DNA of 48,565 nucleotides from a virus. Lineage: Duplodnaviria > Caudoviricetes. Position numbers and translations under genes: made by a program. Where the stretch lies: IMG/VR virus record IMGVR_UViG_3300033067_000977, positions 1 to 48,565 of that record. One strand, 5' to 3'. Within the stretch, counting starts at the first letter, position 1. Each line of letters begins with the position of its first letter. Positions 1-8,282 of this stretch are shown here, piece by piece. Under the pieces are notes generated by a model. The model was not told the origin of the DNA. It did not search any database and saw only the letters and a list, made by a program, of their open reading frames with translations.

Positions 1-87
1 GATCACATAAGGGCTGATTGATTCAAATTGATCAAGGACCAACTCAGCCACAAGAGCGTTATTTCTTCGCCCTACCCGCTCACTCAT
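1..87 (-). CDS. 5' part of a small hypothetical protein spanning the circular junction (MSERVGRRNNALVAELVLDQFESISPYVI...)
   Basis: ATG at 87 with an AGGAG upstream; exactly 29 open codons to position 1; joins in frame with 48565..48476. Confidence 0.6.
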   Translation of the reverse strand, partial: MSERVGRRNNALVAELVLDQFESISPYVI

Positions 88-226
88 CCCGCGCTCCTTT
101 CGTGGGGGTCAGGTGCGTCGCCGTCAGTGTGTAGGTCCGCTTGTGATCCGCATGCGGCCAGGCCCGCCCGCCTTCGGTCACAATAAACCGCTGCCCCCAC
201 TCGAGAATCTTCAGTCGTCGCATCAT
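80..226 (-). CDS. Small hypothetical protein (48 aa, MMRRLKILEWGQ...)
   Basis: Start overlaps the VRR-NUC stop (ATGA) and has a G-rich RBS; start re-called from the 77-aa track ORF. Confidence 0.55.
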   Translation of the reverse strand: MMRRLKILEWGQRFIVTEGGRAWPHADHKRTYTLTATHLTPTKGARDE

Positions 227-699
227 TTCCCCCCTTCGTGATAGCCGGCCATGAACTGCGCCACGTCGTCGACGCTGTACGCGACCAGGACCCGCGCCTT
301 CACCGCGGCCCACTTCCGCATCTCGGCATCCTGCAGCGGCGTCGGCTTCCCGCCTGGACGCTTCACTTCAATCAGAAAAGCCCGGCCTGTGTAGCACCCG
401 ACAATGTCCGGCCATCCGCTGGAGAACACACTCCCAGGGACTTTGCGGGCATAGCACCCGACGAGCCCGTTGAGGTATTTGAGGATCCGGCCGGTAATAA
501 CTGTCTCTCGAGGTCCGTCTTGAGCGCGACGAACCCGGCCTTGTCCCCCGCGTGATACCGATCGTCCAGCGTGAGCACTAGTGCTAGGACCTCCGGCGAC
601 TGCACTCCCTCCGTCCACTGCGCGATTTCCTTCCATGCGATCCCCCAATCTAAGGCCACAACGGCCTTCTTTGCTGCCCAGGTGGTCATTGATCACCAT
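223..699 (-). CDS. VRR-NUC family nuclease (start uncertain)
   Basis: Motif pattern E..I...ILKYL...GWPDIV...FLIEVKRPGGKPTPLQ...VAYSVDD of PD-(D/E)xK VRR-NUC proteins. Confidence 0.85.
   Translation of the reverse strand: MVINDHLGSKEGRCGLRLGDRMEGNRAVDGGSAVAGGPSTSAHAGRSVSRGGQGRVRRAQDGPRETVITGRILKYLNGLVGCYARKVPGSVFSSGWPDIVGCYTGRAFLIEVKRPGGKPTPLQDAEMRKWAAVKARVLVAYSVDDVAQFMAGYHEGGK
372..689 (-). CDS. Hypothetical protein (105 aa) overlapping VRR-NUC in another frame
   Basis: ATG lies 3 nt after the upstream stop; protein-like helical N-terminal half. Confidence 0.45.
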   Translation of the reverse strand: MTTWAAKKAVVALDWGIAWKEIAQWTEGVQSPEVLALVLTLDDRYHAGDKAGFVALKTDLERQLLPAGSSNTSTGSSGAMPAKSLGVCSPADGRTLSGATQAGLF

Positions 700-1151
700 C
701 CAGGCAATAACGGTTGCATTTTTCCGCTCTCATACGCTTTCGCGATCATTGGCACCACATGCTCCGATACGGTCTTCCCGTCCGGCATGATAATGTTCGC
801 CATGAATTCGTTCTCGAATGTTGCAATTTTAGATTCCACTGCTTCCAATTTCGCCTTGACCACGAGAGACAATGCCCGCCACAATCGCCGCGTTTCCTGT
901 TCATAGAGCCGACGTGCTTCGTCCTGAGATCGAGCCTTCCCGTAACGAGGATTGATCGTGAATCGTTTTTCCGATGGATCTGGGAGAGCTAAGATGAAAC
1001 GAACGAATCGACCATGGACAAAGAACTGAATCCTGGCATCCTTCGACGACCATCCGGAAACGAATTGATCAGCCCCATATTTCCGTAGCAGTGTTTCGAT
1101 TTCTGCCCTGGACCGCTCGACCGGCACACTTGTACTTTCTGCAAAGCTCAT
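693..1151 (-). CDS. Conserved phage hypothetical protein (MSFAESTSVPVERSRAEIETLL...)
   Basis: GGAGGG RBS; start overlaps the helicase stop; resembles a widespread phage family (…WRAL.LVVKAKLEAVES.IATFE.EF…). Confidence 0.75.
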   Translation of the reverse strand: MSFAESTSVPVERSRAEIETLLRKYGADQFVSGWSSKDARIQFFVHGRFVRFILALPDPSEKRFTINPRYGKARSQDEARRLYEQETRRLWRALSLVVKAKLEAVESKIATFENEFMANIIMPDGKTVSEHVVPMIAKAYESGKMQPLLPGW

Positions 1152-3655
1152 AAATACCCTCCTATGCTCATCCCCACCGGTTGCGCCCAATACAGTTCCT
1201 CTTTCGCCCGCGTCATCCCGACATAGAAACACCGTCGCACCGAGTCCCGGGCTTCGCCCGGCGTGGTCCACTCCCGGAACCCTGCGGCACTCAGGTCCGG
1301 GAACAGCACCACACAGTTATGAACGACTGCCCCTCCAGATACGTAATGGTGCCATCGCTCGACATCCAGACTAAAAACATCCCCCGCGAACACGGATTTA
1401 GAAATTGAGAATGCTCGCCACTCTGGGTTCTGTCCACTCCCTGGATCAGTTGGAATTTCCATATATCCAGGGATCAGATTTGCCGCACGGATAGTCCACC
1501 GGTTGCGGATTCCTGATTGCCTAATCCGACGACCTTCGCCATGGAATGACCATAGTGGCCAGCGATGATCTAGGCCATGATAGGCTAGAAGTTTCAACGC
1601 TCCCGGCTCGGATTGGATGGTATTCCAAATTTCTTGTAACCCCTGAGTTCCGACCTGATTTTCATTGCGAGCATCGCAAACAAAGTTAAGGTCCGGAACG
1701 CCGAACGAGTGTGACCATAATTGCTCGTGATACAATGCCTCCCTGGAAGTTTTGAATACACCAAGCACCCACGCCTCCGTCGCCCTTTCGTGGCGCATTC
1801 TCCCGAGCACTCCAGACTGCCCACGCTCCGCATAGTGCAGCCTCGTCATGCCGATTCTCCACCATGCGCCACGACGCATGAGATAGACACAGAATGCTCC
1901 AATCGCAGCCCTACTCCACCGAACGGTAAGGTGATGATTCGGAGTAACGCGCGTCCTGGAACTATCCGTTTCGATCGTGAGTAAGTCTCCACTGTAGGGG
2001 CGTGAAACGCGCGTGAACCCGTATCCGTCGGGCCGGCACGGACCGCCGCGGTGAATTTTGTGGTGGTCAGAATTGAAGCTAACGAGACGATCTCTTGCTT
2101 GGTCTAGGTCTCCAATAGGGACTAAGCCGCGCTTCGTGGTAAGCACGAGTTCATCACCTGGTGAACAATCCGCCTCGCCTCCTTTCACGCTATGGATCGT
2201 TCCTAAAATCACCTGCGGTTTCTTTTCCAGCCCTTCAATGCCACGATGTTCCAGCACGTTGCAGGCATACTGCATCGGCCGTTCATGGCTCTTGAGAAAC
2301 TTCCCTCGATACCAACCCAGGTCCCCCGCTGTGGCCATCTCCGCGGCCGTCGGATCACAGATCCACTTCTCCAGGTCGTCGGCCTCCACCGCGAGCCCGC
2401 CCGTCTCTTGATGCTCGGCCTTGCGTCGCATTTCCGTCTTCGCGCCATGCCGAAACAGCCCCTCAGCCTCCAGGATGCCCGCCCAGTCCCACAGGTCCCT
2501 ATAGGTCCACCAACCGGATAATCGATGCTCTGGAGGCAAGGACGGCCGTTTGTAGGCCAGAATACGGTCGGACGCGAGACAGGTCGCTTTCGCTTCGGTG
2601 CCACGGAACGATTTATGGCCTAAGGGATTCCAGTCGCCCCGTTTCAGCCGGTAAGGGTTATGGAACGGCACACCCCACTCACGTAACTGCTTCTTGAGCG
2701 GTTCCAGGAAGTAGCTACACGAGGCAAGGAAGGCGACGGTCTTCCCCTGGTCGATCCAGGCATTGAGGCGATCATGGATCCAAGCGGGATATTGGTAGTT
2801 CATGGGAATCTGTTCCACAGCCCCATCGAAGTCACGCGGCTGATACGCTTTCGGCATGCGTGCCTCGATCTGTTCCACCCACCGCACCGCCGTCGCATGG
2901 ACGGCCCGCGGCACCCGGTACGACTGCCCCAGGATGCGCACCTGGTCCGCCGGCAGCGCCGGCGACAGGAACGCGTCTGGCGTGGCCCCGCGGAATCGAT
3001 AGAGGCATTGATCGTCGTCGCCGGCTAGAAAAAGCTGTTCACACTGAGCCCCCCACATGCGAGCCAGTTTGAGATCCAGCGGGCTGAAATCCTGGACCTC
3101 ATCAAGGAACAGCACCCGAGCAGCGTGTGGAATCGGCAATTGCTCTTCCACACACCGCTCAATGAGATCCGTGAAGTCCATGGTCCAGGTGTTCGACTTG
3201 AAGGCCTTCCAGTCTTCCGCGAAGGACTGCACCCGGATCGGCCACATCGCTTCATCGATCTGGAGACCACGGAGCCGATTCAGCTCTTGCAGGAGTTCAT
3301 CCCCCTGGTCAGCCCCATCGGATTCGATACTGCCGTACGGATCGTCGAGATCGGTCCCGATGCCCCCAAAGGCTTTCGTCGGATGTTCGGCGTTCCAGTC
3401 CTTCAGGAGCGCCGACGTGATGAGCTTCGGACGATCGAGCGCCCGAAAGCAGAGTGCGTGGAGCGTCCCGACCTGGTCGTCGTTCAGCGGAAGCTGCCGG
3501 CCGACCAGCTCACGCGCCGCGGCTTTCGTGAAGCTAGAGACCAGCACGGCTTCACTGCCGACGTCTCGGCACGCCGTCGCAATGAGACCTGACAACGAGG
3601 TTGTTTTGCCGGTCCCTGGAGGCCCGAATATGCGCGTTTCCTTAAAGTCAGACAT
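1148..3655 (-). CDS. UvrD/Rep-like SF1 helicase containing an intein
   Basis: Walker A GPPGTGKT, Walker B LFLDEVQD, AGDDDQCLYRFRGA, QSYRVP, TIHSVKGGEAD, FYVGMTRAKEEL. Confidence 0.93.
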   Translation of the reverse strand: MSDFKETRIFGPPGTGKTTSLSGLIATACRDVGSEAVLVSSFTKAAARELVGRQLPLNDDQVGTLHALCFRALDRPKLITSALLKDWNAEHPTKAFGGIGTDLDDPYGSIESDGADQGDELLQELNRLRGLQIDEAMWPIRVQSFAEDWKAFKSNTWTMDFTDLIERCVEEQLPIPHAARVLFLDEVQDFSPLDLKLARMWGAQCEQLFLAGDDDQCLYRFRGATPDAFLSPALPADQVRILGQSYRVPRAVHATAVRWVEQIEARMPKAYQPRDFDGAVEQIPMNYQYPAWIHDRLNAWIDQGKTVAFLASCSYFLEPLKKQLREWGVPFHNPYRLKRGDWNPLGHKSFRGTEAKATCLASDRILAYKRPSLPPEHRLSGWWTYRDLWDWAGILEAEGLFRHGAKTEMRRKAEHQETGGLAVEADDLEKWICDPTAAEMATAGDLGWYRGKFLKSHERPMQYACNVLEHRGIEGLEKKPQVILGTIHSVKGGEADCSPGDELVLTTKRGLVPIGDLDQARDRLVSFNSDHHKIHRGGPCRPDGYGFTRVSRPYSGDLLTIETDSSRTRVTPNHHLTVRWSRAAIGAFCVYLMRRGAWWRIGMTRLHYAERGQSGVLGRMRHERATEAWVLGVFKTSREALYHEQLWSHSFGVPDLNFVCDARNENQVGTQGLQEIWNTIQSEPGALKLLAYHGLDHRWPLWSFHGEGRRIRQSGIRNRWTIRAANLIPGYMEIPTDPGSGQNPEWRAFSISKSVFAGDVFSLDVERWHHYVSGGAVVHNCVVLFPDLSAAGFREWTTPGEARDSVRRCFYVGMTRAKEELYWAQPVGMSIGGYL
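1316..2167 (-). mobile_element. Intein (284 aa) in helicase motif V
   Basis: Starts with Cys (CSPGDELVLT); block B TPNH; ends VHN followed by Cys+1; removal restores KGGEAD-CVVLF. Confidence 0.92.
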
Positions 3656-3696
3656 ACCTACCTTTGACTTCCTTGTTTTTCAACATGTTAGATGCC

Positions 3697-3941
3697 CTCT
3701 GACTGCCTCTGACTTCGGTCTTTCGGTAATATTTTCATAGACTTACGTCAAAAAAAGTCAGAGTCAGAGCATTTTTCAATGTTAGCCTTGTCGATTTTTT
3801 TCTCTGACTCTCTGACTTTTTTCTGGCATAACACTTGCTAAAGAGGCGCCGCGTAAGTGATTGATTTTACAGGTTGCCAAAATGACACACCACCACTTTT
3901 TCTCTGACTGTTTCACTGACTTTCTCTGACTTTCTCTGACT
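3697..3941. repeat. Iteron-like CTCTGACT repeats, putative replication origin
   Basis: Direct copies at 3697, 3707, 3802, 3810, 3902, 3924, 3934; variant at 3914; inverted copies at 3756 and 3762; AT-rich intergenic gap after the primase. Confidence 0.75.
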
Positions 3942-3942
3942 G

Positions 3943-5562
3943 CTAAAATATTTTCCATACACTGCGCTTTGTTGATGCACCTTTATGATTTTTCAGGTTT
4001 TTTCGCTCGTATTGATACCCGAGCTTGGTCAATTGCATCGTCAAATCTTGAGAGGTAATCCGTTCCTGCATATGGCTCAGGAGGAACCGCCGGAACCCTT
4101 CTGCGACGATATACGTCTCACCTTTGAGCTTGAACGGACTGTTATCGATCGCCGCCTTCTGCCAGGCCTCTTCTGTGGCCACGCCGTCAGAGATGTAGAG
4201 ATCAATCCAGTTCTCGAAGACGCTCTTGTTGGTGCCGCTTTGCACATCGACGTTCTCGATCGCCCGGAAGAGATGCTGCAGAATATGGTGCCAGGCCTCT
4301 TCTTTGAACTGAACAATCCGGTGGTCCGTATGATCGAAAATGATCCGCCGGAACCGTGTTTGCGAATCGAAGTTGTCGATCGTCCCGGCATTGATCATCT
4401 TCCCGTTGATTTCGAGCTGGTAGGTGTTCCCCTCGCTCCGATACCGCACGATCTTGGTAATGGACACCCCCAGCCGTTCAGACAGGACGGCAAGGATTTC
4501 TGCAGGATCCTTGGCCATCTCCTCCGGGAGCGCCTTACCGGACTTCAGGTCGTCGACTAGTGCCCTCCGTTCCTCGACCCCCTTGCCGGCCATGGCGAGG
4601 TTCAACGTCCGCTCGTAATAGTCCTTCCGGAGCTTCAGATCGGCGTTGTGGTGCCGACGGTGGGCAATGAGCAGATTGACCACTTCCTGGCCCGTCCAGG
4701 AGGCCGCAAAGGCCTTCGTGGCGAGACTCAGATCATAGGAGCTCGCCGACTGGTCCTGGAGGTCCGTCCGGGTATGTTCCCAGGCCCCTTTGAAGGCACT
4801 ATCGATTTCACAGAGCCGCATGAACTTCTCGGCCGGCGGCTCGGCCGCGCCGTTCAGGTCAATCTGCCATTTCAGATCGGCCGCGGCCGACTTCTCTTCG
4901 GTCTCTGGCAGGAGGTACGCCTCCAGATCGCTCGGCTCGTACCGATGCTCGTTCAGTTCCAGGAGCCGCGTTTTTTTCGCGACCCCTTTTCGATTCCAGG
5001 TGCCCGGGAGCCGCATCACCCGGGTAATGTCTCCCACCTGGTCGGCGTCCCACCCGTGGACCTTGGCTCTGGCGCGCAAGGTCGAACACCAGCCCATGGT
5101 CAACTTCTCGGCCTTCGCCCGGTCCTCATCCGACTCGAACGCCCACAGTTCATTGAACAACCACCAGGCTTGGAGCCCGCGGCCACTGTGGATGATGATC
5201 GACGGCGCCGGGCCCATCTCGCGAAGCAGCTGCATCGCCTCATCTTCGGTTGCCGGCAGATTCGGCTTCTTGTGTTCCGATCCGTAGTCGACGTCCAGCC
5301 AGACCCCGGGGATTGCCACGACGTCGGCCTTCTTCCCCCGTTCGGTGGCTCCGAGGTTCGCACCCCGGAGCCCGCACCCGACATAGATGTTCTCGCGTGC
5401 CGCGACTTTGTCGATGGAGCCCAGAACATCAGGGGTGATGTCCTGGACCCAGGCCGACTTCTTCGACGGCGCGCCCCAGAGGAGGAGCCAGCGCTCCCCG
5501 ATCTCTGGGAACAGCGCCGTCAAGAAGGATTCCAGCTCGCTATTCGGCGACGCTGTCGGCAT
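3943..5562 (-). CDS. RepB-type (AEP superfamily) DNA primase / primase-polymerase
   Basis: WLDVD, PSIIIHSGRGLQAWW and RVMRLPGTWNRK motifs, followed by a helical-bundle-like segment (DQSASSYD...DYYERT). Confidence 0.85.
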   Translation of the reverse strand: MPTASPNSELESFLTALFPEIGERWLLLWGAPSKKSAWVQDITPDVLGSIDKVAARENIYVGCGLRGANLGATERGKKADVVAIPGVWLDVDYGSEHKKPNLPATEDEAMQLLREMGPAPSIIIHSGRGLQAWWLFNELWAFESDEDRAKAEKLTMGWCSTLRARAKVHGWDADQVGDITRVMRLPGTWNRKGVAKKTRLLELNEHRYEPSDLEAYLLPETEEKSAAADLKWQIDLNGAAEPPAEKFMRLCEIDSAFKGAWEHTRTDLQDQSASSYDLSLATKAFAASWTGQEVVNLLIAHRRHHNADLKLRKDYYERTLNLAMAGKGVEERRALVDDLKSGKALPEEMAKDPAEILAVLSERLGVSITKIVRYRSEGNTYQLEINGKMINAGTIDNFDSQTRFRRIIFDHTDHRIVQFKEEAWHHILQHLFRAIENVDVQSGTNKSVFENWIDLYISDGVATEEAWQKAAIDNSPFKLKGETYIVAEGFRRFLLSHMQERITSQDLTMQLTKLGYQYERKNLKNHKGASTKRSVWKIF

Positions 5563-6307
5563 CGATCACCTGTGAGGCTTGATCAAAGAGGTCTTTCATC
5601 GCCTGCCCGATCGCTTGAGCCTTCTGGTACTCTTCCGGCTCGAGCTTGCGTCCCATGTTCAGGACCGCTTTGCTGTAGGGCTTGCCTTTCGGGTTCTTCA
5701 GCTGCTCCAGCCGGATCTGCGTGGTCACCCCGTAGTAGGGGTAGCCGTTCGCCACAAGGCGGAGGAAATACTTCTTCGCGTTCTGGAGGGAGGTCGGCGG
5801 AAGGGCGACGATCATCGGAATCATGTCGTCCTCGCGGAGGAACAGGAAGAGCCGCATGGCCTTACACGCCTGTCCGCCGGACGGATTGCCGCCGTCGTCC
5901 GTCGCCGAGCCGAACTGTGCGAACGGGCATTTCTGGCAATCACCGCCAGGATCGCCGACGCCGTGCAGGCTGTCCGAGGAACTGCAGTCCGGCGGTTTGT
6001 TCCCACCGTCCTTCTCTTTCCAGTAGGCGCGCACATCCTTGAAATGCAGGACGATCCCTTCGAGCACCTGATAGGGTTTGTTCCCCTGCAGCGTCGGCAC
6101 TTCCCACGTACTGCCCCCACCGGAGGGGACCTTGATCTTGTCCAAGTCCGTCAGCCTGAACCCCTGCCCGCCCAGGTTGTCCCGCATGAACGTCGTCAGC
6201 TGCTTCGTGTCGACCGACAACGCCTTATAGCTTGACGGAATCAACTCCCCGCTCTGCACCGTGGCCACATCCCCCTTGCTGATCGTTTCGGCTTTCGGCT
6301 TTCCCAT
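5540..6307 (-). CDS. Phage replication protein, putative ssDNA-binding/annealing protein with Cys cluster
   Basis: PDCSSSD...CQKCPFAQFGS...ACK...LPPTSL pattern, acidic C-terminus, replication-module context; start re-called after an AAAGGGGAG RBS. Confidence 0.6.
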   Translation of the reverse strand: MGKPKAETISKGDVATVQSGELIPSSYKALSVDTKQLTTFMRDNLGGQGFRLTDLDKIKVPSGGGSTWEVPTLQGNKPYQVLEGIVLHFKDVRAYWKEKDGGNKPPDCSSSDSLHGVGDPGGDCQKCPFAQFGSATDDGGNPSGGQACKAMRLFLFLREDDMIPMIVALPPTSLQNAKKYFLRLVANGYPYYGVTTQIRLEQLKNPKGKPYSKAVLNMGRKLEPEEYQKAQAIGQAMKDLFDQASQVIDADSVAE

Positions 6308-6352
6308 GGACTCCCCTTTCATAGTACTAGTGCTAGTTGACTACTGAAACGC

Positions 6353-6796
6353 TTACCCCTTCTTTGTCCGAAGGCTATATTTCTCGGTCACCTTCAGCGA
6401 CTCCCGGAGCTCGGGAGGCATGGCCTGAATCAGTTCCTCCGGTCGCACCTTCGAGCCGTTGAAATGCTCGGCCTCGAATTCCGTTACCCAGGACGAGAGC
6501 CGCTGAGAATTCACGGCTTCCTTCACCAGGTCTCCAAGCCCTGCCGACTTGAGTGATTCGGAGAGAAGCACTGTGGCCCCATCCGCCGCCCCGGCGAAGA
6601 GTTGCCGGCGGATATAGAGCACCACGCCGGACTTGCTCTTCATCGACTGCATGCCGGCGTTCTCGAACCGCTCCATAATTTGCGGCTCCAGCTGGGCCAT
6701 TTCCTCCTTAATGGCTTCCAGGTCGTCGTCGGCTTGTTTCTTCTTCTTGTCCAGTTCAATGAACTGGTTCACCAGATCCGCGGTCGTTGCTGCCAT
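6353..6796 (-). CDS. Conserved phage hypothetical protein (N-terminal coiled coil)
   Basis: AAGGAGG RBS; coiled-coil N-terminus; sits beside the SSB-like gene. Confidence 0.75.
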   Translation of the reverse strand: MAATTADLVNQFIELDKKKKQADDDLEAIKEEMAQLEPQIMERFENAGMQSMKSKSGVVLYIRRQLFAGAADGATVLLSESLKSAGLGDLVKEAVNSQRLSSWVTEFEAEHFNGSKVRPEELIQAMPPELRESLKVTEKYSLRTKKG

Positions 6797-6799
6797 TCT

Positions 6800-7315
6800 C
6801 TAACCTCCTTGATTTGGACACTCGAATTTATATTCAGGCTTCACGCCTACCTGGACCTTCTTGCAGATAACGCTTTCGCTGTGTGGCCACACCCGCACCG
6901 TAGCTGTGAGTTCGTAGGGCTTCCATTCATGGTGCGAAGGCCAGAACAGGGGCATCGCGGTTTCGGTTTTCTTGAACCGATATTCACGGTTGCCGAAGTC
7001 TGCATCCTCACTGGTCCCGCTTGGCTTCCATCCTCGATGTAAGAGGAATTCCAGCACGGGCTCTGCTGCAGAGAACCCTTCATCTTTGCCGAGGGCGAAT
7101 TGAACAATAAGCCCATTCAGCATCATGTGCGTATAGCCGATAGAGGCATAGGTATTTCGCCAAGAGTTCTCGACCGGCAATCGATGCAATCCGGCGATAA
7201 ATTGCTGCATCAGATTCACTTCATGAGCGTGCATGTGAATAAGCAGTCGCATCCGCTCCACTTCCTTCTCGCAGTCTTTGTACGCATATGAAATGCTGTG
7301 TATGTCGACGGCCAT
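6800..7315 (-). CDS. Hypothetical protein
   Basis: AAGGAGG RBS; packed in the operon. Confidence 0.7.
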   Translation of the reverse strand: MAVDIHSISYAYKDCEKEVERMRLLIHMHAHEVNLMQQFIAGLHRLPVENSWRNTYASIGYTHMMLNGLIVQFALGKDEGFSAAEPVLEFLLHRGWKPSGTSEDADFGNREYRFKKTETAMPLFWPSHHEWKPYELTATVRVWPHSESVICKKVQVGVKPEYKFECPNQGG

Positions 7316-7353
7316 AATGCCTCCTTTTTTCGCGACCCTCTATTGTTGACGAG

Positions 7354-7455
7354 TTACCCGCACCGATAGACCAGCGCGCCGAGCCAGTAGCCGGCGATCG
7401 CCCCGTAGGCCATGGCAAAGAACACCGCGAGCAAGAGCCGGGGGATGCTGATCAT
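7354..7455 (-). CDS. Small membrane peptide (33 aa, MISIPRLLLAVFFAMAYG...)
   Basis: ATGA overlap with the MTase stop; one hydrophobic helix; not in the ORF track. Confidence 0.5.
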   Translation of the reverse strand: MISIPRLLLAVFFAMAYGAIAGYWLGALVYRCG

Positions 7456-8282
7456 GCTGTCACCTTCATGATTTGCCGCCCGAGCCATTCCGCGATGTGC
7501 GGGACGATGGCATTGCCGAGTCCCCTAAGGCGGTCCACCCGATGGGGTAGCCCATAAGCCACTCGACCCAGTAGGGATTCAGGGACTGACATCCAAGCTT
7601 CTTGCCTTCCTCTTCCCCGAGCATCTTGTAGAGCTTCTTGCGGTTCCCGCTCCCACCCGCAAGTCCAGTGCATCCACCTGTCCCGTTGTTCGAGGCTGGC
7701 GTCGGCCACAGCGTGACATAATCCTCGATTCTTCCTCTGTGGCCTCCCGCTCTCTGTACTGCCTCTGGTTTCCGCAGAGCCCCTACCGCACCGTGGCCGC
7801 TCCGCATGGTGGGCAGTAATCCACACTCGGTCGCGTCGGTGAGGGGCGCCAAAGGCACTTGCTGGTAGACAATCCCATTCCGCATCGTACCCGCTCTGGG
7901 CCAGGTCTCCGAGAACACGTCCCATGTACTCGTTAGTAAGCAGACCTGGTACGTTCTCCACGATGATGTATCGTGGTCGAAGTGCGCGAATGGCTCTGAC
8001 ATATTCACTCCAGAGTCCTGAGCGCTCCCCATCAATCCCGGCTCGCTTCCCGGCAAAGCTGAGATCTTGGCAGGGGAACCCGCCGCACAGGACTTCCACT
8101 CGGGGAACAGTTGTCCAGTCAATGGCCCTGATGTCTCCGTATCGCTGGACGTGAGGCCAATGCTTGGCGAGGACTCGTTGACAGTACGGGTCGATTTCGA
8201 CTTGCCACGCAATTTCAAACCCTGCCCTTTCTAGGCCGAGATCAAACCCGCCGATCCCGGCGAACAATGATCCGACCTTCAT
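7452..8282 (-). CDS. C5-cytosine DNA methyltransferase, alpha chain (motifs I-VIII and X)
   Basis: SLFAGIGG, GGFPCQD, ENV, RDRVWI and GLGNAIV; motif IX missing from this frame. Confidence 0.93.
   Translation of the reverse strand: MKVGSLFAGIGGFDLGLERAGFEIAWQVEIDPYCQRVLAKHWPHVQRYGDIRAIDWTTVPRVEVLCGGFPCQDLSFAGKRAGIDGERSGLWSEYVRAIRALRPRYIIVENVPGLLTNEYMGRVLGDLAQSGYDAEWDCLPASAFGAPHRRDRVWITAHHAERPRCGRGSAETRGSTESGRPQRKNRGLCHAVADASLEQRDRWMHWTCGWEREPQEALQDARGRGRQEAWMSVPESLLGRVAYGLPHRVDRLRGLGNAIVPHIAEWLGRQIMKVTA
7466..8218 (-). CDS. Nested alternative-frame MTase beta chain carrying motif IX (start uncertain)
   Basis: Open frame inside the MTase with LPT/WPTP segments and LNPYWVEWLMGYPIGWT. Confidence 0.7.
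   Translation of the reverse strand: MKLRGKSKSTRTVNESSPSIGLTSSDTETSGPLTGQLFPEWKSCAAGSPAKISALPGSEPGLMGSAQDSGVNMSEPFAHFDHDTSSWRTYQVCLLTSTWDVFSETWPRAGTMRNGIVYQQVPLAPLTDATECGLLPTMRSGHGAVGALRKPEAVQRAGGHRGRIEDYVTLWPTPASNNGTGGCTGLAGGSGNRKKLYKMLGEEEGKKLGCQSLNPYWVEWLMGYPIGWTALGDSAMPSSRTSRNGSGGKS

Noticed and set aside
3697-3941. Repeat cluster as a CRISPR array
   Set aside because: Units are 8 bp with irregular spacing and mixed orientation; there is no repeat-spacer periodicity and no cas gene.
7452-8282. Complete restriction-modification system
   Set aside because: No adjacent endonuclease; the VRR-NUC gene is distant and typical of phage replication modules.
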